Assembly (NCBI RefSeq): GCF_001457595.1
Contig: NZ_LN831039.1
Location: forward strand, 270,001-302,000
Origin: Mycolicibacterium smegmatis
GTDB taxonomy: Bacteria > Actinomycetota > Actinomycetes > Mycobacteriales > Mycobacteriaceae
DNA: 32,000 nt
Direction: 5' to 3'
The first letter of the stretch is position 1; each line of letters starts with the position of its first letter. Shown piece by piece: positions 1 to 9,266 of the stretch. The translations under genes were made by a program, and so were the position numbers. A model generated the notes under the pieces. It was not told where the DNA came from. It ran no database searches and was given only the letters and a program-made list of their open reading frames with translations.

Positions 1-1
1 C

Positions 2-1111
2 GTCGATCAGATCGGCGAAGACGGTTTCGATGATCGCGTGCTGGCGGTGGGTGATGTCAGCCTCGGCGGTCGGCAAGTCTGTGTTGGTGAAGAACGGGTG
101 ATACCGCCACACCGGGAACAGCGCGTCCCGAAATCTCGCGTCTTTGACTCGCCGCACCACCAACCGCGCGGTGAACCGATCTTTGGTAGAGGCGAAGGCG
201 GTGTAGCTGACCTCGGCGACCTCGGCATCAGAAATCCAGTCACCGGTGTCGGGATCACGCACTGCACCGGGATAGTTGACCGGCTCCCAGGCCTGCTCGT
301 CGATCGAACTGATGGCCCGATCAACCGCGGTATTGCGGGTCATCACCACCGAGAAGTGCGCATTGTGGGCTCGGCAGGCGCCCACCACCGACCGGGTGCC
401 GTAGGACGAATCGCCACGCACCAGCAGTTGCCCGCGCACGCCGGCGGCGCGGGCGGTGGCGATGGCTTGGGCGACCATGCGGCCCGCACCCTTCCCGGAA
501 CTGGTCTTACCGGCGCGCAGCCGCATCCCGGCGATCACCGGCGCCGCTCCGGGGGTGCTGATCGTCGTCGCCAACGGGGAGAGCCCTTTACGCAGAACCT
601 GCTTACCAGCGATCTTGGTATGCCCGTAGGAGGCACCCTGTTTGGCGTGGCCATAGACCGGGCGCAGCAGTGAGTCGATGTCGATGAACGCCCCCGTGTC
701 GGATCCGGGCAGCAGGTCCACCCGCGCACAGAGTGCGGCCAGATGATGACGCAGGACCGACTCCAACTGCCGGGCGTGTCCGAAGGTGAACTCCCGCAAC
801 AGTGTTCCGATCGTCGATGGTGCATAGACCCCATCGAAGAGCGTCTTCATCCCGCCGCCACGCACGAGGTCGAGGTCATCAATGCTGTCGGCGCCGGCGC
901 ACATTCCGGCGACCACGGTGAGCAGCTTCGGCGACGGGTTGGCCGACCCGGACTTGATCCGTGGTTCGCTGATACGAACCTTGTCGGCCAGCAACTGTGA
1001 CAGCCCGGTCTGGGTGGCCAGCGTCATTACCGGCACCAGACCGGCGCACGACACGAGATGGGCATCATCGAAGACCGCCGACGACGCAGCGAACCTATGG
1101 GACACTTTCAC
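2..1111 (-). mobile_element. IS1380-family DDE transposase gene, 5' portion (about 370 codons); the 3' end runs off the left window edge, so it is absent from the ORF track
   Basis: Manual reverse-strand translation from GTG (1111..1109) is open to position 2: VKVSHRFAASSAVFDDAHLVSCAGLVPVMTLATQTGLSQLL...FIDIDSLLRPVYG...LLVRGDSSYG...THRQHAIIETVFADLID. The N-terminal SxVFDDxxLVSxAGLVP, the DIDS and RGDS acidic motifs and the C-terminal HxxIE..FxDLK are what I recognise from actinobacterial IS1380-family transposases. The other IS end is outside the window, so the boundaries are not defined. Confidence 0.75.
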
Positions 1112-1236
1112 CGGAAGTGCCTTTCGAAGTTGTGCCGATAAGTGCCTAGAGAACACTCATCATCACAGCTCAGAAGGCACTTTCCTCGTCACGACACCCT
1201 GCGACCAGCCAATTCATCGGTGGATCGAGGATAAAC

Positions 1237-1512
1237 ATGAGTGCCAGCGTGACCGTGTTGGTGCAGTCGCTGATCGCGCGCGGGGACCGCGATGATCTCG
1301 ACCATGCGCAGCGGGTCATCGACCGGTTCGCGGCCCTTCCCACTGATCCGGGCTTCGTGCTGTACGACGTCCAGCTGATGCGATTGCGCGCCCTGCTGGC
1401 CCGTGCACGAGGGGACGAGGAACGGTACCGCGAGTGTTCGGACCGCTATCGCGAACTCGCGACGGCGTACCGCTACGAGGGCCACATGGCGCTGGCCGCG
1501 CGAATGGCGTGA
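1237..1512 (+). pseudogene. C-terminal remnant (about 91-120 codons) of a large TPR-tailed ATPase/adenylate-cyclase-type regulator, apparently truncated by the adjacent IS
   Basis: The ORF product ...VLVQSLIARGDRDDLDHAQRVIDRFAALPTDPGFVLYDVQLMRLRALLARARGDEERYRECSDRYRELATAYRYEGHMALAARMA resembles the extreme C-terminus of mycobacterial multidomain cyclase/STAND regulators (LLRLRALLARAxGDxxxYRxxxxRYRxxAxxLGFEGH). The frame is open back only to a TAG at 1147-1149, directly beside the transposase 5' region. There is no plausible N-terminal domain and no RBS. Confidence 0.45.
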
Positions 1513-1520
1513 CAGTCGAT

Positions 1521-1589
1521 CACCGCGAGCGTGCGTGGACTGCTGAGGATTTACGGTGTGTCCGGCAGCAGGCACGCACGCTCGCGGTG
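1521..1589. terminator. Long inverted repeat between the convergent regulator remnant and ilvD; likely an intrinsic terminator without a canonical U-tract
   Basis: CACCGCGAGCGTGCGTG (1521-1537) is the perfect reverse complement of CACGCACGCTCGCGGTG (1573-1589). An inner CTGCTG (1540-1545) / CAGCAG (1566-1571) extends the stem. An A6/T3 tract lies at 1596-1604, next to the ilvD stop (1603-1605). Confidence 0.5.
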
Positions 1590-1602
1590 CGGAGCAAAAA
1601 AT

Positions 1603-3318
1603 TTAGGTGCAGACTGCGCCGACGGCGGCGGACTGGACCAGCTTGGTGTACTTGGCCAGCACACCGGTCTTGTACCGCGGCGGCAGGGGCTCGAAGCCGG
1701 CCTTGCGGGCCTCGAACTCTTCTTCGTCGACGAGCACGTCGAGCGTGCCCTTGGCGACGTCGAGGCGGATGCGGTCACCGTCGCGCACGAACGCGATCGG
1801 GCCGCCGTCGACGGCCTCCGGCGCGATGTGCCCGACGCACAGACCCGTCGTACCGCCCGAGAACCGACCGTCGGTCATCAGCAGCACGTCCTTGCCCAGA
1901 CCCGCACCCTTGATGGCGCCGGTGATCGCGAGCATCTCGCGCATACCGGGACCGCCCTTGGGGCCCTCGTAGCGGATCACCACGACGTCGCCCGCCTGGA
2001 TGGTGCCGTCCTCGAGCGCGTCCATCGCGGCACGTTCGCGGTCGAAAACCCTTGCAGTGCCCTCGAACACGTCCGAATCGAAGCCGGCTGACTTGACCAC
2101 CGCACCCTCGGGAGCGAGCGAGCCGTGCAGGATCGTGATGCCGCCGGTCGGGTGGATCGGGTTGTTCATGGCCCGCAGCACCTTGCCGTCGGGATCCGGG
2201 GGAGCGATATGGGCCAGGTTCTCGGCCATGGTCTTGCCCGTGACCGTCAGGCACTCGCCGTTCAGCAGACCGGCATCCAGCAGAGCGCGCATCACCACGG
2301 GCACACCGCCGATCTCGTCGACGTGCTTCATGACATGGCGGCCGAACGGCTTGACGTCCGCGAGGTGCGGGACCTTGCTGCCGACGCGCGTGAAATCGTC
2401 GAGCGTCAGCTCCACCTCGGCCTCGCGGGCGATCGCCAGCAGGTGCAGCACGGCGTTGGTGGACCCGCCGAACGCCATGACCACGGCGATGGCGTTCTCG
2501 AAGGCCTCCTTGGTGAGGATGTCGCGAGCGGTGATGCCGCGACGCAGCATGTCGACGACGGCCTCGCCGGAGCGGCGCGCGAACTCGTCGCGGCGCTTGT
2601 CGATGGCGACCGGCGACGCGCTGCCGGGCAGCGACAGGCCGAGGGCCTCGGCGGCGCTGGCCATGGTGTTGGCGGTGTACATGCCGCCGCAGGCACCCTC
2701 GCCGGGGCAGATCGCGCGCTCGATGATGTCGACGTCCTCACGCGACATCAGGCCGCGCACGCACGCGCCGACGGCCTCGAACGCGTCGATGATCGTGACT
2801 TCCTTCTCGGTGCCGTCGGTCAGCTTCGCGACACCCGGCATGATCGAGCCGTTGTAGAAGAACACCGAGGCGAGGTCCAGCCGCGCGGCAGCCATGAGCA
2901 TGCCCGGAATGGACTTGTCGCAGCCGGCCAGCAGGACCGTGCCGTCGAGGCGCTCGGCCTGCACGACGGTCTCGACGCTGTCGGCGATCACCTCGCGCGA
3001 GACCAGCGAGAAGTGCATGCCCTCGTGGCCCATCGAGATGCCGTCGGACACCGAGATGGTGCCGAATTCGAGCGGGTAGCCGCCCGCCTCGTGGACGCCG
3101 TCCTTGACCGACTTCGCGAGGCGCTGCAGCGACATGTTGCACGGCGTGATCTCGTTCCACGACGACCCGACGCCGATCTGCGGCTTGGCCCAGTCGGCGT
3201 CGCCCATGCCTACCGCACGGAGCATCCCACGGGCGGCCGCCTTCTCGAGGCCGTCGGTGACGTCGCGACTGCGGGGCTTGATGTCAGGAGTCTCGGTGGA
3301 CTTGTCGTCTGAGGGCAT
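1603..3318 (-). CDS. ilvD: Dihydroxy-acid dehydratase
   Basis: ORF 1603..3609 contains [38 protein letters not shown]...[16 protein letters not shown]...GPGMREML...[16 protein letters not shown], typical IlvD/Edd family motifs. The start was moved to the ATG at 3318 (571 aa, close to my recollection of 575 aa for Mtb IlvD). The upstream 97 codons are Arg/His-rich and overlap the ricR promoter. Confidence 0.95.
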   Translation of the reverse strand: MPSDDKSTETPDIKPRSRDVTDGLEKAAARGMLRAVGMGDADWAKPQIGVGSSWNEITPCNMSLQRLAKSVKDGVHEAGGYPLEFGTISVSDGISMGHEGMHFSLVSREVIADSVETVVQAERLDGTVLLAGCDKSIPGMLMAAARLDLASVFFYNGSIMPGVAKLTDGTEKEVTIIDAFEAVGACVRGLMSREDVDIIERAICPGEGACGGMYTANTMASAAEALGLSLPGSASPVAIDKRRDEFARRSGEAVVDMLRRGITARDILTKEAFENAIAVVMAFGGSTNAVLHLLAIAREAEVELTLDDFTRVGSKVPHLADVKPFGRHVMKHVDEIGGVPVVMRALLDAGLLNGECLTVTGKTMAENLAHIAPPDPDGKVLRAMNNPIHPTGGITILHGSLAPEGAVVKSAGFDSDVFEGTARVFDRERAAMDALEDGTIQAGDVVVIRYEGPKGGPGMREMLAITGAIKGAGLGKDVLLMTDGRFSGGTTGLCVGHIAPEAVDGGPIAFVRDGDRIRLDVAKGTLDVLVDEEEFEARKAGFEPLPPRYKTGVLAKYTKLVQSAAVGAVCT

Positions 3319-3365
3319 GGATGCAAGTATGCTCGCTCGGTTTCTCGCGTCCAAACCAGCGTGCA

Positions 3366-3380
3366 TACCCCCATGGGGTA
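3366..3380. promoter_or_regulatory. CsoR/RicR-type operator palindrome TACCC-N5-GGGTA, with a TANNNT -10 hexamer just downstream
   Basis: TACCCCCATGGGGTA at 3366-3380 (arms TACCC/GGGTA). TATGCT at 3385-3390 fits the mycobacterial -10 TANNNT and sits 6-7 nt before the ATG at 3397, suggesting a leaderless ricR mRNA. My assignment to RicR relies on recalling the published RicR box as TACCC-N5-GGGTA. Confidence 0.55.
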
Positions 3381-3396
3381 CCGGTATGCTGGCGTG

Positions 3397-3702
3397 ATGG
3401 ACGCAACTGACGAATCGGGCGTGCACGGCTACTCGGCGCAGAAAGAGAACTACGCCAAGCGACTGCGCCGTATCGAGGGTCAGGTCCGCGGCATAGCGAA
3501 GATGATCGACGAGGACAAATACTGCATCGACGTCCTCACCCAGATCAGCGCCGTCAACAGCGCATTGCAATCCGTCGCGCTCGGCCTGCTCGACGAACAC
3601 CTGGGCCACTGCGTGAGCCAGGCCGTCGCCGAGGGCGGCCAGGAGGCCGAGGCCAAGCTCGCCGAGGCATCGGCCGCGATCGCGCGCCTCGTCCGGTCCT
3701 GA
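3397..3702 (+). CDS. ricR: CsoR/RcnR-family copper-sensing transcriptional repressor (Rv0190/RicR-like)
   Basis: [73 protein letters not shown]: RLxRIEGQxRGI signature plus the Cys...His-Cys copper ligand pattern. The track start at 3361 would put the operator palindrome inside the CDS, so the ATG at 3397 (or GTG at 3394) is preferred. Confidence 0.85.
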   Translation: MDATDESGVHGYSAQKENYAKRLRRIEGQVRGIAKMIDEDKYCIDVLTQISAVNSALQSVALGLLDEHLGHCVSQAVAEGGQEAEAKLAEASAAIARLVRS

Positions 3703-3720
3703 CGTGGCGGCCCCGACGCG

Positions 3721-4020
3721 CTAATCCCCGAGTTCGCGCTCGATGCGTTCGACCTTCGCGGTGAGCTGGCCTGTGTAGCCGGGCCGGATGTCGGCCTTGA
3801 GGACGAGGCTGACGCGCGGGGACACCGCGGCCACCGCGTCGACGGCACGTTTGACCACGTCCATCACCTCGTCCCACTCACCCTCGATGTTGGTGAACAT
3901 CGCGTTGGTCTCGTTGGGTAGGCCCGACTCGCGGACCACGCGCACGGCCGCGGCGACCGCGGCGCTGACACTGCCCGACTCATCACCGCCGGTCGGACTG
4001 ACACTGAAGGCAACAATCAC
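3721..4020 (-). CDS. MTH1187/YkoF-like thiamine-binding family protein (DUF77/UPF0045)
   Basis: 99-aa product [60 protein letters not shown] matches the small ACT-like UPF0045 family pattern (fSv.P.g...s.s..Va.a......sGl......m.T.iEGe.dev). Confidence 0.7.
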   Translation of the reverse strand: MIVAFSVSPTGGDESGSVSAAVAAAVRVVRESGLPNETNAMFTNIEGEWDEVMDVVKRAVDAVAAVSPRVSLVLKADIRPGYTGQLTAKVERIERELGD

Positions 4021-4082
4021 GACACCGATTCTGCGCGCCGACTCAGCTCGCGGGCACCCCGAGCCGTTAGCGTGGCCCCACC

Positions 4083-5321
4083 ATGACCGTGACGCCGCCG
4101 ACGGTGAGCCCGTGGACCGTGCGCGTCGCCGCGCAGCTGACGGTGCTCGCGGCGGCGGCGTTCATCTACGTCACCGCCGAGATCCTCCCGGTCGGCGCGC
4201 TGCCCGTGATCGCCGCGGACCTCAACGTGAGCGAGGGTCTGGTCGGGACGCTCATGGCGGGCTACGCGCTGATCGCGGCGCTGACCACGGTGGCGCTGGT
4301 GCGGCTGACCGCACGCTGGCCGCGCCGTCGCGCGCTGCTCGTGACCATGGTGTGTCTGACCGTCTCGCAAGTGATCTCGGCCATGGCACCCAACTTCGCG
4401 GTGCTCGCGGGCGGGCGTGTGCTGTGTGCGCTCGCCCACGGCCTGATGTGGTCGGTGATCGCGCCGATCGGGGTGCGCCTGGTGCCGCCCAGTCACGCGG
4501 GCCGTGCGACCGCGGCGGTGTACGTCGGCACCGGTCTGGCACTCGTGGTGGGCAACCCGCTGACCGCTGCCCTCAGTGAACTGTGGGGGTGGCGGCAGGC
4601 CGTGGTCGCGGTCGCGATCGCGGCGGCGGCCGTGACCCTGGCCGCGCGGGTGCTGCTACCGCTCATGCCCGCCGAGCGTGCCCGGGCCGGGTCCGCGGGC
4701 AGGCCCGTCCACGGACGCGGCCTTCTCACGTTGTCGCTGCTGACGCTCATCGGCGTCACCGGGCATTTCGTCGCCTACACGTTCATCGTCGCGATCATCC
4801 GGGACGTGGTCGGCATCGACGGACCCCACCTGGCGTGGCTGCTGGCCGGGTACGGCGTCGCGGGCCTGGCCGCGATGGCCGCGATGGCCGCGATGGCACG
4901 GCCGCTGGACCTGTGGCCGAAGGCATCGGTCACGGCCGCTCTGGTGGTGTTGGCAGCGTCCCTGGTGACGCTCGCGGTGCTGTCCGCCCAGCCCCGGGCC
5001 GGGGTGACGACCGGGGTGGTGATGGTGATCGGGACCGTGGCGATCGTGCTGTGGGGCGCGTCCTCCACGGCGCTGCCGCCCATGCTGCAGACCTCGGCGA
5101 TGCGCACGTCGCCCGAGGACCCCGACGGTGCGTCCGGCCGGTACGTCGCGGCGTTCCAGGTCGGCATCATGACCGGCGCCCTCGTCGGGGCGGGTGTCTA
5201 CGAGGCCGTCGGACTCACCGCGATGATCGGCACCGCCGCGGTGCTGATCACGGCCGCGATGTGCGGCGCGCTGGCCGTGCGGGACGTGTTCAACCGGTCC
5301 CGCGACCTGTCGACGCGGTAA
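4083..5321 (+). CDS. MFS transporter, 12-TM, sugar-efflux/drug-efflux type (Rv0191-like by position)
   Basis: 412 aa, hydrophobic throughout. It carries an MFS loop 2-3 motif-like [15 protein letters not shown] and two 6-TM halves separated by a basic loop ([18 protein letters not shown]). Confidence 0.8.
   Translation: MTVTPPTVSPWTVRVAAQLTVLAAAAFIYVTAEILPVGALPVIAADLNVSEGLVGTLMAGYALIAALTTVALVRLTARWPRRRALLVTMVCLTVSQVISAMAPNFAVLAGGRVLCALAHGLMWSVIAPIGVRLVPPSHAGRATAAVYVGTGLALVVGNPLTAALSELWGWRQAVVAVAIAAAAVTLAARVLLPLMPAERARAGSAGRPVHGRGLLTLSLLTLIGVTGHFVAYTFIVAIIRDVVGIDGPHLAWLLAGYGVAGLAAMAAMAAMARPLDLWPKASVTAALVVLAASLVTLAVLSAQPRAGVTTGVVMVIGTVAIVLWGASSTALPPMLQTSAMRTSPEDPDGASGRYVAAFQVGIMTGALVGAGVYEAVGLTAMIGTAAVLITAAMCGALAVRDVFNRSRDLSTR
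4869..4895 (+). repeat. Perfect in-frame 9-bp tandem repeat (GCCGCGATG x3) inside the MFS gene
   Basis: gccgcgatg gccgcgatg gccgcgatg encodes AAM-AAM-AAM within a predicted TM segment ([14 protein letters not shown]). Confidence 0.9.
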
Positions 5322-5478
5322 CCGCGGTAACACAGTGGCCGCAGGGGCCGACCTACATCGCAGTGGGGCGTAGATCCGGCCCGGCACACGGACCTTCCTG
5401 TCGAACGGTTGTTCGGAGAATCTCGGCCTGTGCGCGCCCTGTGCGACACTGGAACCAGTTGTGCTCTGGAGGTACCAC

Positions 5479-6519
5479 ATGCCGAAATCGGCAAAACGCA
5501 GACTGATCACCGCTTTCATGGCCGCGGGTTTGGTCGGTGGACTGGTCATGAGTCCGTCCGCTTCAGCAGATCCCGAAGTGCCGGCCCCGCCGGTCCCCGT
5601 CGAACCGGCCGCGCCCCCGGCGCCGCCCAATCCGTTCGCATTCCCGCCGCCCGCCGCTCCGGCGGCAGTCGGGCCGGCGGACCCCGCGACGCCCGGTGCG
5701 ACCGCGACCGACCCCGACGCGCAGGTGGTCACCAACTACGGTGCGCCCGCCGTGCCGATCGAGGGCGTGCCCGAGGGACAGAACCCGGAACCGTTCACCG
5801 GTCAGCCGCCGTTCCTGCCGCCGTCGTTCAACCCCGTCAACGGGTCGATGGTGGGCGTCGCCAAACCCATCTACATCAACTTCCAGCGGCCCATCGCCAA
5901 CAAGCAGATGGCGCAGGACGCGATCCGCATCACGTCCAACCCGCCCGTGCCCGGCCGGTTCTACTGGGTCACCGACACCCAGTTGCGGTGGCGCCCGCAG
6001 GACTTCTGGCCGTCCAACACCGTCGTGAACATCGACGCCGCGGGCACCAAGTCCAGCTTCCGCGTCGGTGACTACCTGGTGGCGACCGTCGACGACAGCA
6101 CCCACCAGATGGAGATCCGCCGGAACGGGAAGCTGGAGAAGACCTTCCCGGTGTCGATGGGCAAGAACGACGGCAAGCACGAGACCAAGAACGGCACCTA
6201 CTACGTGCTGGAGAAGTTCGAGGACATCGTGATGGACTCGTCGACCTACGGCGTGCCCGTCGACTCGGCCGAGGGCTACAAGCTCAAGGTCAAGGACGCC
6301 GTGCGCATCGACAACAGCGGCATCTTCGTCCACAGCGCCCCGTGGTCGGTGGGCGACCAGGGCAAGCGCAACGTCAGCCACGGCTGCATCAACCTCAGCC
6401 CCGAGAACGCCCGCTGGTTCTACGAGCAGTTCGGCAGCGGCGACCCCGTGGTGATCAAGAACAGCAAGGGCGGTTGGTACGACCAGCCCGACGGTGCATC
6501 CGACTGGCAGATGTTCTAG
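5479..6519 (+). CDS. Secreted L,D-transpeptidase (YkuD domain; Rv0192/LdtMt4-like by position)
   Basis: Signal peptide [30 protein letters not shown], then a roughly 100-aa Pro/Ala-rich linker, an Ig-like region and the catalytic YkuD motif [34 protein letters not shown] (His...SHGC). The ATG at 5479 was chosen over the TTG/ATG at 5461. Confidence 0.9.
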   Translation: MPKSAKRRLITAFMAAGLVGGLVMSPSASADPEVPAPPVPVEPAAPPAPPNPFAFPPPAAPAAVGPADPATPGATATDPDAQVVTNYGAPAVPIEGVPEGQNPEPFTGQPPFLPPSFNPVNGSMVGVAKPIYINFQRPIANKQMAQDAIRITSNPPVPGRFYWVTDTQLRWRPQDFWPSNTVVNIDAAGTKSSFRVGDYLVATVDDSTHQMEIRRNGKLEKTFPVSMGKNDGKHETKNGTYYVLEKFEDIVMDSSTYGVPVDSAEGYKLKVKDAVRIDNSGIFVHSAPWSVGDQGKRNVSHGCINLSPENARWFYEQFGSGDPVVIKNSKGGWYDQPDGASDWQMF

Positions 6520-6531
6520 CCGGACGTCATA

Positions 6532-6568
6532 CGAAGAACCCCCGCAGCCCGGCTGCGGGGGTTCTTCG
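6532..6568. terminator. Bidirectional intrinsic terminator hairpin between the convergent L,D-transpeptidase and zmp1 genes
   Basis: CGAAGAACCCCCGCAGC (6532-6548) pairs perfectly with GCTGCGGGGGTTCTTCG (6552-6568): a 17-bp GC-rich stem with a 3-nt loop, 13 nt after one stop and 14 nt before the other. Confidence 0.75.
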
Positions 6569-6581
6569 TTGTCGGATCCGA

Positions 6582-8582
6582 TCAGTTCCAGATGCGGACC
6601 CGACGCTCGGGTTCGAGGAACAGCTCGTCGTTCTCGGTGACATCGAACGCCTCGTAGAAGTCGTCGATGTTGCGGACGACGCCGTTGCACCGGAACTCCG
6701 GCGGCGAATGCGGATCGACCGCCAGACGCCGGATGGCCTCGGCCTCACGGGACTTGGTGCGCCACACTTGCGCCCAGCCGAAGAACACGCGCTGCACACC
6801 GGTCAGGCCGTCGATGACGGGGGCCTCCTTGCCCTTCAGCGAGAGCTTGTAGGCGAGCAGCGCGATGGACAGGCCGCCGAGGTCACCGATGTTCTCGCCG
6901 ACGGTGAACGCGCCGTTGACATGGTGCGACGGGTCGAGCCCGCGCGGCGTGAACTGCTCGTACTGCTCGATCAAAGCCTTGGTGCGAGCACCGAATTCGG
7001 TGCGGTCGGCGTCGGTCCACCAGTCCACGAGGTTGCCGTCGCCGTCGTACTTGGCACCCTGATCGTCGAAGCCGTGCCCGATCTCGTGACCGATCACCGC
7101 GCCGATGCCACCGTAGTTGGCCGCGTCGTCGGCCTCGGCGTCGAAGAACGGCGGTTGCAGAATCGCTGCGGGGAACACGATTTCGTTCATGCCGGGGTTG
7201 TAGTAGGCATTCACGGTCTGCGGCGTCATGAACCATTCGTCGCGGTCCACGGGGCCACCGAGCTTGGCGAGCTCACGGTCGGAGTTCACGATGTAGCCCC
7301 GGCGGTAGTTGCCGTACAGATCGTCGCGCTTGATCACCACCGCGGAGTAGTCGCGCCAGCGGGCCGGGTAACCGATCTTCGGCGTGAACTTGTCCAGCTT
7401 CGCCAGCGCCTTGGCCCTGGTCTCCGGGGTCATCCAGTCCAGCTCGTCGATGCTGACCCGGTAGGCCTCACGCAGGTTGGCCACCAGTTCGTCCATGCGC
7501 GCCTTGGCCTCCGGCGGGAAATGCCGCTGCACATAGAGCTTGCCGAGCGCGTCACCCATGAGGTTCTCGACCACCGACACCGCGCGCTTCCACCGGTCGC
7601 GGATCTGCTCGGTGCCCGACAGGGTGCGCCCGTAGAACGCGAAATCCTCGGCCACCAGGTCGTCGGTGAGCAGCCCGGCGCGGGCGTGGATGACGCGCCA
7701 GCGCGCCCACGCCTTCCAGTCCTCCAGATCCTCCGAGGCCCACAGCCCCGCGAACGCGGTCAGGTAGTCGGGCTGGCGGACCACGAGCTCGGCCACGGTG
7801 TCCGGCGTGGTGCCGAGTCCCTGGACCCACCCGGACCAGTCGAAGCCGGGGGCCTCGGCGGGCAGGTCGGCGAACCGGCGCAGGTTGTAGGTCAGGTCGG
7901 CGTCGCGGCGTTTGACCACGTCCCAGTGCGCGGCGGCGATCTTGGACTCCAGCGCGACGATGCGCGCGGCGGTGTCGGTGTGGTCGCCGCCGTAGATCAG
8001 GCCGAACATCTTGGCGATGTGCACGGGGTAGCCGGCCAGGATCTCGGCGTGCTGCTCGTCGCGGAAGTACGACTCGTCGGGCAGGCCGATGCCGGACTGT
8101 CCCATGTGCAGCAGGTACCGCGTCGAGTTCTTCGAGTCGGTGTCGACGTACACGCCGGCACCGCCGCCGACGCCGGTGCGCTGCAGTCCGCCCAGCACGG
8201 CCGCCAGTGCGTCGGCATCGGGGGCCGCGTCGATCAACGCCAGTTCGTCGAGCAGCGGCTGCAGACCACGCTCGGCGATGGTCTGGGTGTCCATGAAGCT
8301 CGCGTAGAGGTCGCCGATGCGCTGCTCGTCGGTGCCGTCGGCCGCGCCTGAGGCGGCGGCCTCGGTGATCAGATCGCGGATCTGCTCCTCGGCGCGGTCG
8401 TAGAGCAGGCGGAACGCGCCGTCGGTGGCCCGGTCCGCGGGGATCTCGTATTCGGTCAGCCAGCGCCCGTTGACGTGGCCGAACAGGTCGTCTTGGGGGC
8501 GGGTCCGCGGATCGACATGGGTCAGGTCGATGCCTGACTTCCCGGTCGCGTCCGCGGTGCCGCGAGTTGCTTGAACCGTCAC
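6582..8582 (-). CDS. zmp1: M13-family zinc metalloendopeptidase (neprilysin/PepO-like; Rv0198c Zmp1 orthologue)
   Basis: GIDLTHVDPRTRPQDDLFGHVNGRWL N-terminus, the HEXXH zinc site VIGHEIGHGFDDQG, ENIGDLGG, and the C-terminal ...RVRIWN. The start was moved to the GTG at 8582 (666 aa; I recall 663 aa for Mtb Zmp1). The remaining 159 upstream codons of the track ORF run antisense through the neighbouring gene. Confidence 0.9.
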   Translation of the reverse strand: MTVQATRGTADATGKSGIDLTHVDPRTRPQDDLFGHVNGRWLTEYEIPADRATDGAFRLLYDRAEEQIRDLITEAAASGAADGTDEQRIGDLYASFMDTQTIAERGLQPLLDELALIDAAPDADALAAVLGGLQRTGVGGGAGVYVDTDSKNSTRYLLHMGQSGIGLPDESYFRDEQHAEILAGYPVHIAKMFGLIYGGDHTDTAARIVALESKIAAAHWDVVKRRDADLTYNLRRFADLPAEAPGFDWSGWVQGLGTTPDTVAELVVRQPDYLTAFAGLWASEDLEDWKAWARWRVIHARAGLLTDDLVAEDFAFYGRTLSGTEQIRDRWKRAVSVVENLMGDALGKLYVQRHFPPEAKARMDELVANLREAYRVSIDELDWMTPETRAKALAKLDKFTPKIGYPARWRDYSAVVIKRDDLYGNYRRGYIVNSDRELAKLGGPVDRDEWFMTPQTVNAYYNPGMNEIVFPAAILQPPFFDAEADDAANYGGIGAVIGHEIGHGFDDQGAKYDGDGNLVDWWTDADRTEFGARTKALIEQYEQFTPRGLDPSHHVNGAFTVGENIGDLGGLSIALLAYKLSLKGKEAPVIDGLTGVQRVFFGWAQVWRTKSREAEAIRRLAVDPHSPPEFRCNGVVRNIDDFYEAFDVTENDELFLEPERRVRIWN

Positions 8583-8645
8583 CCCGACATTCTTCCAGAC
8601 GCCCGCCGCGGCGCCCGGCGTCGAACGGACGCTACCCTCACGGCC

Positions 8646-9266
8646 ATGCCTGACGCGCCCAGCAAGGACGCCCCCGAGCGGGAGCCCGAGACGGATCCGG
8701 GAGCCACCGGCGGAATCTTCAGCAGCTACGGCGTCGCCTCGGCCGTGCTCGGGGTCATCGCGATCGCCGCGGTGGTGCTCGGAACCATGATCTTCACGGC
8801 ACACCGCGACGAGATCTCCGAACGCGACTATCAGACCCGCGTGCTGCAGGCCGCGGCCGAGTGGACGAACGTGCTGATCAACATGACCGCCGAGACCGTC
8901 GACGCCGACATGCAGAAGCTGCACGAGGGCACCGTCGGACAGCTCAACAACGACTTCGACTCCGCGGTGCAGCCGTACCGCGAGCTGGTGCAGCGCCTGC
9001 AATCCCGCACCACCGGCCAGCTGGACTCGGTGGCCATCGAATCGCTGTACCACCCGCAACCCGGACCCGACGGCCGCGTTCAGCAGCCCGAACGGGCCGA
9101 ACTCACGGGAATGGTGTCGCGGATCGACACGGTCCTGGTGGTGGCGACATCGGTCACCGAGACCGCGGGCTCCGACAAGCCGAGGACCGTGCGCTGGAAC
9201 CTGCGCCTCGACGTCGCCGACGTCGACGGTCAGCTGATGATCTCGCGTCTGGAGCCCATCCGATGA
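8646..9266 (+). CDS. omamA: Mce-associated membrane protein (Rv0199/OmamA-like)
   Basis: Acidic/Pro-rich N-terminus, a single TM (VASAVLGVIAIAAVVLGTMIF), then the Mas/Mam-type domain ...RVLQAAAEWTNVLINMTAETVDADMQKLHEGTVGQLNNDFDSAV... The ATG at 8646 was chosen. The position next to zmp1 matches Mtb. Confidence 0.75.
   Translation: MPDAPSKDAPEREPETDPGATGGIFSSYGVASAVLGVIAIAAVVLGTMIFTAHRDEISERDYQTRVLQAAAEWTNVLINMTAETVDADMQKLHEGTVGQLNNDFDSAVQPYRELVQRLQSRTTGQLDSVAIESLYHPQPGPDGRVQQPERAELTGMVSRIDTVLVVATSVTETAGSDKPRTVRWNLRLDVADVDGQLMISRLEPIR

Noticed and set aside
1596-1615. AAAAAATTTAGGTGCAGAC, which superficially resembles half of an IdeR iron box (TTAGGTTAGGCTAACCTAA).
   Set aside because: Only the TTAGGT hexamer matches and the palindromic second half is absent. 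The site overlaps the ilvD stop codon rather than a promoter.
3319-3609. N-terminal extensions of track ORFs: ilvD as 668 aa, zmp1 as 825 aa, trmB as 683 aa, the M23 peptidase as 549 aa, the NYN protein as 436 aa, mmpL11 as 999 aa, and the Rv0200-like, AI-2E and Rv0210-like extensions.
   Set aside because: The extra residues are Arg/His-rich, overlap neighbouring genes or promoters, and precede internal start codons that give lengths matching known orthologues and, in several cases, a signal peptide or RBS.
5344-5382. Imperfect hairpin (GGGCCGACCTAC ... GTAGATCCGGCCC) after the MFS gene, as a possible terminator.
   Set aside because: The stem is interrupted by mismatches and a bulge, with only 4 + 6 paired bases and no U-tract. 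That is too weak to call from sequence alone.
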